Assembly: GCA_963663475.2 (NCBI GenBank)
Contig: CAXXJV010000001.1
Span: forward strand, 416,001 to 480,000
Reading direction: 5' to 3'
Length of the DNA: 64,000 nucleotides
Source of the DNA: Candidatus Cloacimonadales bacterium
GTDB lineage: Bacteria > Cloacimonadota > Cloacimonadia > Cloacimonadales > JAFGVF01
The position numbers and the translations under genes were made by a program. The notes under the pieces are model-generated. The model was not told where the DNA came from, searched no databases, and saw only the letters and a list, made by a program, of their open reading frames with translations. Every line of letters starts with the position of its first letter. Positions within the stretch are counted from its first letter, which is position 1. Below, piece after piece: positions 1 through 10,103 of the stretch.

Positions 1-1319
1 AAAATTAGACGAAAATCTAACTTACCTCTGATAGTTTTACGTAGTTTATAGCTATTGAATTCTTGATTAATTCTAGGAAGAATAGCACTAGTAAACCACT
101 CTCGAATCTGAGTCTCTTTTTCATTATCTGTAAGATCTCTTCTTTCGCGTTTAGTTCTTTCTATTTGCCTTTTCTCTAGTTCTGTATCATCAATTTCTGT
201 AGATTCAATAGTTTCTACTTTTTCAAATCCATCACCTAGATTACTATTTAAAGTTCCAATATCAGCTGTTTCTCCAGAACCAATTCTGGCAGTTCTTCTA
301 CCTCGAACATCACTAGCTCTAACACCTCTAGCAGACACAACTGCAGTATTTATTTGACTATCAGCTTGTCTTCCTAAGGCTTCAGCAATTCCACCGTAAT
401 CTGAATCTGTATCAACATCGATATCAAAGGATGAGCTAGCCCTTGATGTACCTCTAAGTCCTCTAACTCTACTTCTAACCGCTAAGGCTGTACCTGTACC
501 AGCTTGATCACCTCCACCTTCACCAACATTTTGATATCTTTCCTGTGAGTTAGCTTGAGCTGATCGTCTTCTCTGAGCAATTCTATCTTGAATTCTTTGA
601 GCATCTGCTGCTCTTTGCTCAGCTTCTTCCTGAGCCTTGGCTTCAGCTTCTCCATCTCCCTCTTCTATAATTTCAGGTTCTTCATAAAATTCAGTAGTTT
701 CCTGACTAATTTCAATTGGAGACTCAACTTGCATACTAACCATAATATTCTCTTCAGTTCTATCAAAGATTGTTTTTGCTCGGGAAGGAGTATAGGTCCA
801 TCCCACAATTGAAGCAAAAATTATTATGGCTAAAATTACAGAGATAACAGTAAAGCGAGTTACTTTTTGCTGAGTAGATATAGCTGGCCAACGATTAAGG
901 AGACTAACCAATTTCTTTTGTTCAGCAGTTAGCGGAGCAGGCTTTGGTATGGCTCTGAAGGAAATAGTAGTATTTTCATCAATTACTACTTCTCCTTCAT
1001 AATCTTCATTAAGATATAAACGATTATCTTTGAGCAGGCCTAGACTTTTAATTTCATCAAGAGATAAGTCTTTATCTCCCTTCTTAACACTAATAGAAAA
1101 TGATTTTAATAAATTAAAATAGTATTTCCCATTCTCATTTATTATTAAATCATGTTTCTTAGGGAATGAGGGATTGTATATCTGCCATAATAGACTTGGG
1201 TCCGAACCAATAGTCAGCTTTTTACCAATTAAAAAGTGTTTATTAGTTGTACCTTCAGAAAATGCGACAGAGAATTGCTTTCCCTTATACAGATATTTTA
1301 TTAGGAATCTTTTATTCAT
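1..1319 (-). CDS. GltG/PglI(AgmX)-like TonB-family energy transducer, 3'-truncated by the window edge (absent from the ORF track)
   Basis: My translation: ATG at 1319 overlaps the upstream TAA (TAATG) and the frame stays open to base 1. MNKRFLIKYLYKGKQFSVAF...KLTIGSDPSLLWQI...LYLNEDYEGEVVIDENTTISFRAIPKPAP (FHA-like N-domain), one TM (FTVISVILAIIIFASIVGW), acidic/Ala-rich then Gly-rich linker, ending INQEFNSYKLRKTIRGKLDFRLI (start of a TonB_C/AgmX-like domain). Follows exbB-exbD-exbD. Confidence 0.8.
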   Translation of the reverse strand, partial: MNKRFLIKYLYKGKQFSVAFSEGTTNKHFLIGKKLTIGSDPSLLWQIYNPSFPKKHDLIINENGKYYFNLLKSFSISVKKGDKDLSLDEIKSLGLLKDNRLYLNEDYEGEVVIDENTTISFRAIPKPAPLTAEQKKLVSLLNRWPAISTQQKVTRFTVISVILAIIIFASIVGWTYTPSRAKTIFDRTEENIMVSMQVESPIEISQETTEFYEEPEIIEEGDGEAEAKAQEEAEQRAADAQRIQDRIAQRRRSAQANSQERYQNVGEGGGDQAGTGTALAVRSRVRGLRGTSRASSSFDIDVDTDSDYGGIAEALGRQADSQINTAVVSARGVRASDVRGRRTARIGSGETADIGTLNSNLGDGFEKVETIESTEIDDTELEKRQIERTKRERRDLTDNEKETQIREWFTSAILPRINQEFNSYKLRKTIRGKLDFRLI

Positions 1320-1915
1320 TATAAACCTCCTAAGCCGTAAGCTGATAGAAGTCTATAATAATCATCAGTTTCTCTTTTAACAAAATCTGTAGCAAAATAG
1401 AGTTTAAACTCTTTAGATTTTGATAGAGTTGTAACTGATGAGTTCTCATCATTCCAAATATCTATAAGCATTGATTTAATTGTGTTGATATATTTAAAAG
1501 GAGTGTTTCGGTGAGCTTTAACTCTCACTACAACAGGCTTATTGCCAATATTATCTCCAAGTATAGAATGAATAGTAACATCTAAAGCGCGAGTTTTAGC
1601 TGTCATCACTTCACTTGTAGTATTATTAATGTCTTCAAGCTTTGCTATAGCAATTTGCTCAGTTGAATTTTCACTCTTATAAGTTATTACACCTGAATCT
1701 CTTCCAGTATAACTTACATTAAGAGATATGATTTTACTATTATCTGCAATCTGTTCTTCAAAGAGTGCTTCTTCAAGTTCTACACCTTCAGGGACCAAAT
1801 CAGGGTCGGATGAAACATTGACCATAACAAATAATAACAAAATTGTTAAAATATCAATTAAAGAAGTAATACTCATCTGCGTAGTTTTTTTTGTTCTGTG
1901 TGCTACTGGGCTCAT
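1319..1915 (-). CDS. ExbD/TolR family protein (AglS/AglQ-like)
   Basis: N-terminal TM motif ITSLIDILTILLLF with conserved Asp21; C-terminal VRVKAHRNTPFKYI ExbD motif. Confidence 0.85.
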   Translation of the reverse strand: MSPVAHRTKKTTQMSITSLIDILTILLLFVMVNVSSDPDLVPEGVELEEALFEEQIADNSKIISLNVSYTGRDSGVITYKSENSTEQIAIAKLEDINNTTSEVMTAKTRALDVTIHSILGDNIGNKPVVVRVKAHRNTPFKYINTIKSMLIDIWNDENSSVTTLSKSKEFKLYFATDFVKRETDDYYRLLSAYGLGGL

Positions 1916-1926
1916 AGTTTACTTCC

Positions 1927-2502
1927 TTATTCGACTTCACCGATCATAATATCGGAAAATTTCATCTTTTTACATAAGTCCATTGTTTTTACAAAAACAC
2001 CAAACTTAACATAGTCTTTCGGTATTATAATAATAGGTAAGGACCTATTATCACCTTCAGAGATATTAGAATCACCATATTTATCTTCAAGCATAATTGT
2101 ACGGTAAGATTTCAAAGCCTCAGATAACTTACTAAAATCAGAAGAAAGAATTTGAGCATACTTTACATCAATTGTATCATTTTTACTGAAGGAGAATATT
2201 TCTCCCTCTTCATCAACATTGATAGTAAGTTCTAATTTTTTAATTCTTGCCTGATCTTTATCCTTTTTTTTATCTTCAGATGAAGCAGCTCCACCTGATG
2301 CGTTTGGATTAGTCAAATCCAAAGAAATATAAGCAATTGAGACTAAGACCACCATACTCAAGAGCATTGGAATCAGAGTCACGAATAAGTTCATAATCGG
2401 GACTAAATCCACTTCTTGGTGACCAGTGCTTCTATTGGCGTTTCTTCCCTGTGAAGGACTATAGATTTTATTTTTCTTTCCAACAGCAGGATTAATTCTC
2501 AT
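1927..2502 (-). CDS. ExbD/TolR family protein (AglQ/AglS-like), Asn at the conserved Asp position
   Basis: EVDLVPIMNLFVTLIPMLL TM; C-terminal IIIIPKDYVKFGVFVKTMDLCK ExbD-type motif; adjacent to exbB. Confidence 0.8.
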   Translation of the reverse strand: MRINPAVGKKNKIYSPSQGRNANRSTGHQEVDLVPIMNLFVTLIPMLLSMVVLVSIAYISLDLTNPNASGGAASSEDKKKDKDQARIKKLELTINVDEEGEIFSFSKNDTIDVKYAQILSSDFSKLSEALKSYRTIMLEDKYGDSNISEGDNRSLPIIIIPKDYVKFGVFVKTMDLCKKMKFSDIMIGEVE

Positions 2503-2506
2503 GATA

Positions 2507-3328
2507 TTAGTCCTGTACTTGGTTATTGATCACATTCATTATTTTTACACTGTTAGCATCTAATTCATTAATAATCTTCTCAGCTCTAGTAGATAAGAAA
2601 CCTTTAATAAATTGTATAGCGATAGCACCAATAAGTCCTAAAGCTGTAGTACCCATCGCTTGTTTAATACCACCCATAAGAACTTCAGTTTCTGAGATAC
2701 CAGAGAAAGCCTGGATAAGACCCATGATAGTACCGAGAAGTCCTAGATAAGTTGATGATTGAGCAAGAAGGTCAAACCAGTGAAGACCTCTATCGATTTC
2801 AGGAATTGTTTGGTAAGCAGCTTCGTTAAAAGCATTTTGAACTTCTTCCTTTAAGCTGTCACCAGTTTTGCCTGAATTTTTAGCATCTTTATATGCTAAT
2901 AAACCGATACGATAAATCTGTCCCATTGTAGTTCTTTGAACAAGTTCAGCAGCAGCGATAGCTTCTTTAAGACTACCAGACTTGACTAAACCTTTAATTT
3001 TTAAATGGAATTTGTTACTATCAATTTTCTCTTTAACCATTAACTGGTAAAAGCGAATAAGTGCATAGAATACTGAAATTAAAAAGATACCTAGAATAAC
3101 CCAGGCAAAAACTCCAGATTCTGCAAAAACTCTGATTAAATTTGTTGGCCCAAGTTTTGCAATCCAATCTTCTGAATCTTCTTCAACTTCGGCTGGAACA
3201 GATTCTTCGTTAGCATTTTCTTGAGTTACTTGATTTTCATTGACGGCTACATCTCCGTTATCTTGGGCGAATAAAAACCCAAAACAAACAACTAAAAGTA
3301 ACATAACTAATAATGCAATCTTTCTCAT
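2507..3328 (-). CDS. MotA/TolQ/ExbB proton channel protein (AglR-like) with N-terminal signal/acidic extension
   Basis: YLGLLGTIMGLIQAF and GIKQAMGTTALGL TM2/TM3 signatures. Confidence 0.92.
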   Translation of the reverse strand: MRKIALLVMLLLVVCFGFLFAQDNGDVAVNENQVTQENANEESVPAEVEEDSEDWIAKLGPTNLIRVFAESGVFAWVILGIFLISVFYALIRFYQLMVKEKIDSNKFHLKIKGLVKSGSLKEAIAAAELVQRTTMGQIYRIGLLAYKDAKNSGKTGDSLKEEVQNAFNEAAYQTIPEIDRGLHWFDLLAQSSTYLGLLGTIMGLIQAFSGISETEVLMGGIKQAMGTTALGLIGAIAIQFIKGFLSTRAEKIINELDANSVKIMNVINNQVQD

Positions 3329-3356
3329 ACGATCTCCTATTTGGTTTTTATATAAT

Positions 3357-3632
3357 TTAGTATAAAACTCTATTAGATTTTAATAATTTTTCCATTATGT
3401 AGGTTTTAAAGATGAATTCTTCATCTGTTGACATTCTTGAACGAGTAATATCTATGTCAGGTAATCCAGAAGCAAATCTAGTAACTTGCTTAATTTCGAT
3501 AGAATCATAGATAGTTTCAACATTACCCTCAACCTCTATATAAACTGCATCATCATCTTGATTAGTCTGTGCATTACAAAGGTTAAAAGCAGAAACCAGA
3601 ATAATTACTAATATCAATATTACCTTTTTCAT
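3357..3632 (-). CDS. Small exported protein, possibly GltF-like
   Basis: Signal peptide, 91 aa, DDAVYIEVEGNVET motif; sits between the TPR gene and exbB, the slot GltF-like genes occupy in Agl-Glt-type clusters. Confidence 0.55.
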   Translation of the reverse strand: MKKVILILVIILVSAFNLCNAQTNQDDDAVYIEVEGNVETIYDSIEIKQVTRFASGLPDIDITRSRMSTDEEFIFKTYIMEKLLKSNRVLY

Positions 3633-3634
3633 AA

Positions 3635-6600
3635 TTATCTCCTTTCATTTAGGGTTCGGATTTGTAGATCTATTAACAATCCGTTATCTTGCTTAGGGCT
3701 ATTGACCTCAAAAATAATCACATTTTTACCTTGGACATAGTAGTCTGGACTAATGTCTAGATATGGGGCATCAGGTGGAGCAAAGTAGTAATATTCTTCG
3801 AATCCAACCTGTTGACCGTTTAGATAGATATTAACAGTTTCATTAGCTAAGAAATATATAATACTATCAATAACTTGTCCAGTGACCTCAAATTCTTTAA
3901 CAAAGTATTTTACAGTTGGCTGATCTTCTATTACTTCTTCCTCAAGCATAGTTGAATCAGCTAGAGAAGCCACGTTAAGGGAATCAAGTCCTGTATTTGC
4001 CAACATAAGAGAATCTTCTAGTACTTGTGCAGATAAAGTATCTTGGATATTAAGGTCTGTTAGTAGATTATTTGTATCAACTTGCTTTGTTTCTTCTTGA
4101 AGGAGGTCTGTGTTTCTGTACCAAATTGGTATAGCCACAGAATTCTTGAATGCATCTAATTGGTAATAGTCCTCATCAATAGTGCCATAACTAACTTGAC
4201 CCCAGTTAGGATCATCAATTGTTAAAGTTTCTAATGAATCAGCCCCTAACCAAGTATTATCAGTGACAAGATTAAACTTAACAGCATTGTTGTGAATAAA
4301 GAGTTTTTCCTTATCATAAATCATAGCAAAGTTAAAACCGATATTGATATCATCAAATGACTTATTTACTACTTGCAATGAGATGGTATTTTGTCCCTTA
4401 GAGTAGTTCAAAGATGCAAGATTATTATCATTACTTAAACCACGATAAAGATATGGGAAAGCTGATAGAGAATCTTCAATTATCCCATCTGGTAAATATA
4501 AATTACTAATATCAACTAAATTATCATTAGCTTTGAAGCTGATAGAAACTTGATCATTGAACCAAAAATCTCCTTCCTCGACAAATCTGATTCTAGATGC
4601 CATAGGTAAGATAGGACATTCGAAGCTAGTTTCAATATGCAAAGAATCACCAGAAGGAATTGTGTAAATCATGAAATCTCTATATCCATCATTTATCTCA
4701 CTTTCTTGGATGGCAGAAAAATCTTTACGCATTGAAGCTAAGAAGGGAATTTCTATCTCCTCTTTAGCTACTACTTCTGAAACACCAACCTTTTGTAAGA
4801 AAGCTACAATTTCATCTGTCCCAGGTAGAGGATTTGTTATTCCATCGATATATGTTTCATAAATTGATTTTGCATACCCAATACCGATATTATCAAATTC
4901 AGTAGCATACTGGCCTCTAACTAGATAGATTTCATCTTCATAAGCATAAAGAATCTCATCTTGTTCCTCATAGGTTAAATCAGTTCTGCCATAGATGATA
5001 TTTTGATAATTGACATATTGTCCATTTGGTAAGGTAAGGAATTTAGTAATTTGATTATAAATTAAATCACCACTATATTTAGCAATTTTAAATTTAGCAT
5101 AATCCAACTTATAAATTTCTTCTCTCTTTTCATCAACAGTTAATAAATCACTATCAAAAACTCTTTGGGCATCTTGGTCTATCAGAGCAAATTGATTTTT
5201 CACTAATTCAACAAAGTTATTAATTCTCTTATTTTCACCATATAGGTGAGTATTCCATGTAGTAGCATTGTTAACCTTAATTCTTTCATTAACTTCTGCA
5301 GGAACATCTATAAATTCCATAAATTTGTTGTATCTAATTTCAAGATCAGCTAAGAATGCTTTCTTTTCTTGTTCTCTTTCATAATCAAGAGTGTATTTAT
5401 CATAGCGTTCAAGTGATGAAGGTATAGCAATTGTCTCAGCAGGAATACCATTTGCAGTAAAGGTTTCTGCTTGAGCTTTAAAGTCTTCGATTAGAGATAG
5501 CATTCTATCCCATTCTTTATTGCGATAGGCCTTTTTAATCTCCTCATCAATAGGAGATAATTGTTCAACTGCATATCTAGGATATCTTACTGATGTATTA
5601 TCCGTTGCGTAAAGTATCTTAATGTATTCAAGATAGTTTTCATCATCTTCTAGTTCTTCATAAAGACTACAAATAAGGTTGAGGATGTAAATTCTCTCAT
5701 AGTCAGGGAACTTCAAGTTAAAAGCAACCCATTCTTGGACTTCATCTTCTTTAGATAAAGTTCTACATTTCATCTCAATAGCATTGAAATAATAATCTTC
5801 AGCCTTTAAGTCTAGAGAAGAAATATCTAATTTATCTCCTTCTTGGCTAGCTCTTTCATAGATTTCCAGCATCTTTTCAGAAGCTAATAAAGGATCATAT
5901 GTAGTAAGAGTTGAATCTTGGACAACACCTAATCTGCTTATTAAAATAACAAATGTCTGCTGGTCATTAGGGAATCTTCCCATAAATGTATCTTCAATTT
6001 CTTGTGTTCTTTCTTTATAACCAAGAGAATCTGTTATCGAGATAGCAGCACTATAGTTGTTCCATGCTTCTTCAATTGTTTTACTTGCATCACCTTGTTC
6101 AAGTAAACGACTAACAGCAGTATCGTAATCACCACCAGCAGCATAGAGAGCTATTGCATTTCTACGTAATTCAGCTTTCTTAGCTTCATCAATAACTGAA
6201 GACTGAAGAACTTTTTCCATTTCTTGAGCAGCTTTTACCTTATCTTCCTGGTTATCTGTGCTTTGAAGCTGGCTAATTTTGGCTGATCTATTATTAAAGA
6301 TTTCTTTTTCATACTCTGTTTTTTTCTCATCATCAACAAACTCTTTAGCCTTAGCGAAATACTCAATGGAAGAATCAATATCACCGTCAGCTTTATATAA
6401 TTCAGCAAGATTACGGAAGATACTTTCTTTATATTCATCTGAGATATTTAAGTCATTACAAGCTAAGAAGTCTGCTTTAGCTCCATCATTATCCCCCATT
6501 CTCCTCTTAGTTAAACCTCTATAATATAAAAGTTTATAAATAGTTTGGTCTTTATCGGGTATATCTGATGTGGATAGGAAATCATAGAATCTATTTGCAA

Positions 6601-9600
6601 TACTTATGTACTGGCTCCTTCTTTCACTTTTAATATCTTCAATTTCTTGAGTACTATAGTTTAAGGTATCAAAATTAGTAGTATCTGTTATTACAGAAAC
6701 ATTATAAGCCCAACTGTAAGCATTTTGCTCTAAATCAGTCCTAATGTCAGTTTCAGGATTTCTATCAATGAAGTTATAAACCTTTTCTATACCATAATTA
6801 TAAGCAGTAGTATCCTGTTGAGATCTCACATATTTCACAATAGCACTAATATTATTTTGATCATATATTTTAAGACGTTGAGCCCTAATTTCTTCATCAA
6901 ATCCAACATAATTGGCATATTCCTCTGTTGCATTAGTGAAGGACATTATATTTTCCATGTTAGGATTTGCATCTACTTTACTATATAAGTCTGGTAAGAT
7001 GAAATCATCAAAACCTTTTTGAATAACCTTAACATATGGACTTAAATCTTGATTCTTATTGTACTCATACCAATCACTAGTATAGCCATATCTTGCAATA
7101 GCTTTTCGATATTCTCTTTCACCTCTGATATCTAAAGAGTCTCCTAGTTCAAGAGAATAACGACTCATAGTTGTAATGATTGAATCTGTATAGACAGGGT
7201 TTGTAATAGCATATAAATCTACTCTAGACCTAGCGTCATAAAGAGTAATAATATCCTCAAATTCATCAAAGATTCTTTTCTTCTCTAATAGTTTTTGAAA
7301 AATATTATTAGCAGTGGATTCATCATAGAGGGTGAAGAGCTTATTCATAACATAATCTTTTGACTTCAGTTCAACATTTGGCAAGTAGTCAACTTCATTT
7401 AATGAATAAACGATTATGTCTTCAGCAGCACTATACTTATTCTTTTGATATTCAGTAAACATATCCTTATCTGCAAGCAAGATTTCTAAATCTGCAATAG
7501 CTGCTTCATAGTTTTGAATAGCCATTTTGTGCCATGCTCTTTGGAATAAAGCTTCATACTTTTGATCAAGACTACCAAGTGCATATATTTGGTCATAAAC
7601 TTTGATAGAAATACCGACATACTTTGCTGGGTCATCAGCATCAACAGCAATATCAAAATATAATTTAGCAAGACGTAACATTGATTCAATTTGATACTTA
7701 CTGTTAACATCCTTACTAAGTTCTAAGTAGTTATCAATTACTTCTCTATATTTACTTACTGATTTTGTGACAGATTCTGGTCGAGGTTGGTAGAAATAGT
7801 TTTCATCTTTCATTTTTTCTTCACGAAGATTAGCTATTTCTAAATCTAAAATTTGATTTTTATAATAAGCCAAATTGTAGAGGACCACATCTTTCTGTGG
7901 GAAATCAGGGTTTAATTCAAGAACCTTTTGATAGTTATTATAGATTAAATTATAGTTGTTACTATATATAATAGTAGCAATTTCAGCTAAATTAAAGTAT
8001 AGTTTAAAATTATTATTGAAGTTATTATTCTTGAAGATAAAAGCATTTGTTCTATTATATATGCTTTCATACTGGTCTTCATATTGGCCATATTCAGCCT
8101 CAGAAAGAGCTAAAGAATCACGATCTGCTTCTTCTAAACGACTTTTATAATTCTCGTTTAATTTGCGGAAATCTAAATCTAAAGCTATGAAATCAACATA
8201 AGTTTGTTGTTCATTTTTTATTTGATTAAATTTATTAAAAGAGTTAGAGTAAATTGATATTTTACCATCTAACTCTTTAAATTTATCCTTAACTTCTGCT
8301 TCAGCTTTAGCTGCAACAGTCTCATAATATGTATCTATAACTTTTCTTCTTTTAACTTCTAACTTACTTTCTTGAGCTAAAAATTCTTCTACTTTCTCTT
8401 CAGCTAATTCTTGTTTTTCAGATAAGTTTGGGAACTCAGCTAAATCAAACTTAGCCTTAACTCTTATCTCATCTAAATTCTCTTGTTCATCCTTAAGAAG
8501 CTGGCGTAGTTCGCTATTTTTTTGAGGATAAGATCTTGTTTTATCTACTAAATTAGAAAGATTAACAATATATTTCTTCTTGAGATAGAGTTGATTAGCA
8601 TACCAATAGGCTCTCAAGAATTGATCATCATTAGGACTTTCGATATCACTAAGAAGTTCTTCAGTAATATCAAGTAGGTAATCTTCCTCTTTATTTGCCC
8701 TGTCTCGATTTGCGATAGCGATTAATTCGTCTTTAGGTCTATTTCTATATTGATCAATAAGATCAAGTTCAACAAAATAGGTTTCAGTTCTTTCAATGAA
8801 GGTTAGTTCGAGTTCTTTGATAAGCTGAACAGATCTAGGATCTAAGAAAGAAATCTTTTCTTCTAAAACTAATTGGTTTGCAAGAACTGCTTCTTCCTTA
8901 CTAGTTATTTGCTCTCTTAAAATATTTTTTCTAGTTTCTTCAGTTTCCATTAAGAGGTTATTTCTTAAAGATCTAATTTCATTCATGAGATTTCTATTCT
9001 GAAGTAAACTAGTAAAATAATCATCTACTCTTGCTTGGTAACTAGTCATTAAGTTTGAAGCACTATCTCCATTATTAAGTTCATGGTCAATCAGTATTAA
9101 GTTGTAAAGAGTCTGAACATAGAAATCATTAGCATTTTTTGATTCAAGTAATCTTTCAAAAGTGGTTTTTGCCTTTTGGAGATTACCCGCTTTTCTGTGA
9201 GCAATACCTATTTCATAGATAACTTCACTTATGTTATCATTGTTCAATTGGCTATATGCTTGATAATAAGAAACAGCTGTTTCGGGATCTCCGTAATGAG
9301 AAAACAATCTTGCAATAGAGAGTAGAACAAAGTCATAGTAAGGTGTATCTGGCGAAAAGTTGTTTTGTAAAACATCAAAAATAGCTGTAGCTTCCTCAAT
9401 TCTTCCTTCAGAAAGAGAAATGAGAGCTAAAGTCGCAGTTGATCTGAGCGTATATTCAGTATCAATAGCAGCTTCTTCCAGATATTTTTGAGCATCATTA
9501 AATCTACCGATGTTGTAGAGAGATTGTCCATATCTGAACTTTTGTGATGCTAATTCAAATTCAGGATACTCTTCAACTAATTCCACATATTCTTGATCTT

Positions 9601-10078
9601 TTCCTGATTTAAATAGAGCTAATTTCCAGTAACGAATGGTTACGTTTTTACGGTTACTGTCTGGATATCTTCTTACTAAATCATTTGCTTTGAGAGTTAC
9701 CATATCCCAATCTTGAGAATAAACAGCTTTTTTGCAATCGAGAAATAGCAAATCGTCTTGTAGGCTTGCTACATTACGATAGGCCTTAAACATCATACTT
9801 CTGATGAAATTAGAATATTCTCGATCATTCTCTTTTATAAGAGTGAAGTAGGCTTCTTCATCTTCGGCAAATTTATCTTCTATTCCAGATATATTATTAG
9901 CTCTAAGCAAGTCATTTACTTGAGTAATTCTCTCTTCTTCAATAGCATTACGAATCTCGTCTAAACTGGCAACATCTCCCCCATTATCTGCAGGAGAAGT
10001 TTGAGAGTAAAGAGTTAGTAATGATAAGTTTATAAGAAGAAGGATCAACAACATCTTCTTTATACACATACTACCCAC
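3635..10078 (-). CDS. Giant exported TPR protein (2147 aa), GltC-like + GltD/AgmU-like regions, C-terminal beta-sandwich
   Basis: Signal peptide; many TPR motifs (LLSIARLFSHYGDPETAVSYY; NPDFPQKDVVLYNLAYY; YEALFQRAW); coiled coil; C-terminal YFVKEFEV...NIYLNGQQVG...QGKNVIIFEV jelly-roll-like segment. Confidence 0.8.
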   Translation of the reverse strand: MGSMCIKKMLLILLLINLSLLTLYSQTSPADNGGDVASLDEIRNAIEEERITQVNDLLRANNISGIEDKFAEDEEAYFTLIKENDREYSNFIRSMMFKAYRNVASLQDDLLFLDCKKAVYSQDWDMVTLKANDLVRRYPDSNRKNVTIRYWKLALFKSGKDQEYVELVEEYPEFELASQKFRYGQSLYNIGRFNDAQKYLEEAAIDTEYTLRSTATLALISLSEGRIEEATAIFDVLQNNFSPDTPYYDFVLLSIARLFSHYGDPETAVSYYQAYSQLNNDNISEVIYEIGIAHRKAGNLQKAKTTFERLLESKNANDFYVQTLYNLILIDHELNNGDSASNLMTSYQARVDDYFTSLLQNRNLMNEIRSLRNNLLMETEETRKNILREQITSKEEAVLANQLVLEEKISFLDPRSVQLIKELELTFIERTETYFVELDLIDQYRNRPKDELIAIANRDRANKEEDYLLDITEELLSDIESPNDDQFLRAYWYANQLYLKKKYIVNLSNLVDKTRSYPQKNSELRQLLKDEQENLDEIRVKAKFDLAEFPNLSEKQELAEEKVEEFLAQESKLEVKRRKVIDTYYETVAAKAEAEVKDKFKELDGKISIYSNSFNKFNQIKNEQQTYVDFIALDLDFRKLNENYKSRLEEADRDSLALSEAEYGQYEDQYESIYNRTNAFIFKNNNFNNNFKLYFNLAEIATIIYSNNYNLIYNNYQKVLELNPDFPQKDVVLYNLAYYKNQILDLEIANLREEKMKDENYFYQPRPESVTKSVSKYREVIDNYLELSKDVNSKYQIESMLRLAKLYFDIAVDADDPAKYVGISIKVYDQIYALGSLDQKYEALFQRAWHKMAIQNYEAAIADLEILLADKDMFTEYQKNKYSAAEDIIVYSLNEVDYLPNVELKSKDYVMNKLFTLYDESTANNIFQKLLEKKRIFDEFEDIITLYDARSRVDLYAITNPVYTDSIITTMSRYSLELGDSLDIRGEREYRKAIARYGYTSDWYEYNKNQDLSPYVKVIQKGFDDFILPDLYSKVDANPNMENIMSFTNATEEYANYVGFDEEIRAQRLKIYDQNNISAIVKYVRSQQDTTAYNYGIEKVYNFIDRNPETDIRTDLEQNAYSWAYNVSVITDTTNFDTLNYSTQEIEDIKSERRSQYISIANRFYDFLSTSDIPDKDQTIYKLLYYRGLTKRRMGDNDGAKADFLACNDLNISDEYKESIFRNLAELYKADGDIDSSIEYFAKAKEFVDDEKKTEYEKEIFNNRSAKISQLQSTDNQEDKVKAAQEMEKVLQSSVIDEAKKAELRRNAIALYAAGGDYDTAVSRLLEQGDASKTIEEAWNNYSAAISITDSLGYKERTQEIEDTFMGRFPNDQQTFVILISRLGVVQDSTLTTYDPLLASEKMLEIYERASQEGDKLDISSLDLKAEDYYFNAIEMKCRTLSKEDEVQEWVAFNLKFPDYERIYILNLICSLYEELEDDENYLEYIKILYATDNTSVRYPRYAVEQLSPIDEEIKKAYRNKEWDRMLSLIEDFKAQAETFTANGIPAETIAIPSSLERYDKYTLDYEREQEKKAFLADLEIRYNKFMEFIDVPAEVNERIKVNNATTWNTHLYGENKRINNFVELVKNQFALIDQDAQRVFDSDLLTVDEKREEIYKLDYAKFKIAKYSGDLIYNQITKFLTLPNGQYVNYQNIIYGRTDLTYEEQDEILYAYEDEIYLVRGQYATEFDNIGIGYAKSIYETYIDGITNPLPGTDEIVAFLQKVGVSEVVAKEEIEIPFLASMRKDFSAIQESEINDGYRDFMIYTIPSGDSLHIETSFECPILPMASRIRFVEEGDFWFNDQVSISFKANDNLVDISNLYLPDGIIEDSLSAFPYLYRGLSNDNNLASLNYSKGQNTISLQVVNKSFDDINIGFNFAMIYDKEKLFIHNNAVKFNLVTDNTWLGADSLETLTIDDPNWGQVSYGTIDEDYYQLDAFKNSVAIPIWYRNTDLLQEETKQVDTNNLLTDLNIQDTLSAQVLEDSLMLANTGLDSLNVASLADSTMLEEEVIEDQPTVKYFVKEFEVTGQVIDSIIYFLANETVNIYLNGQQVGFEEYYYFAPPDAPYLDISPDYYVQGKNVIIFEVNSPKQDNGLLIDLQIRTLNERR

Positions 10079-10103
10079 TTATCAAATTATTAAGTTAATT
10101 AAT

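Noticed and set aside
588-1380. Plus-strand ORFs 588-812 and 1174-1380
   Set aside because: Antisense shadows of the real minus-strand gene 1-1319
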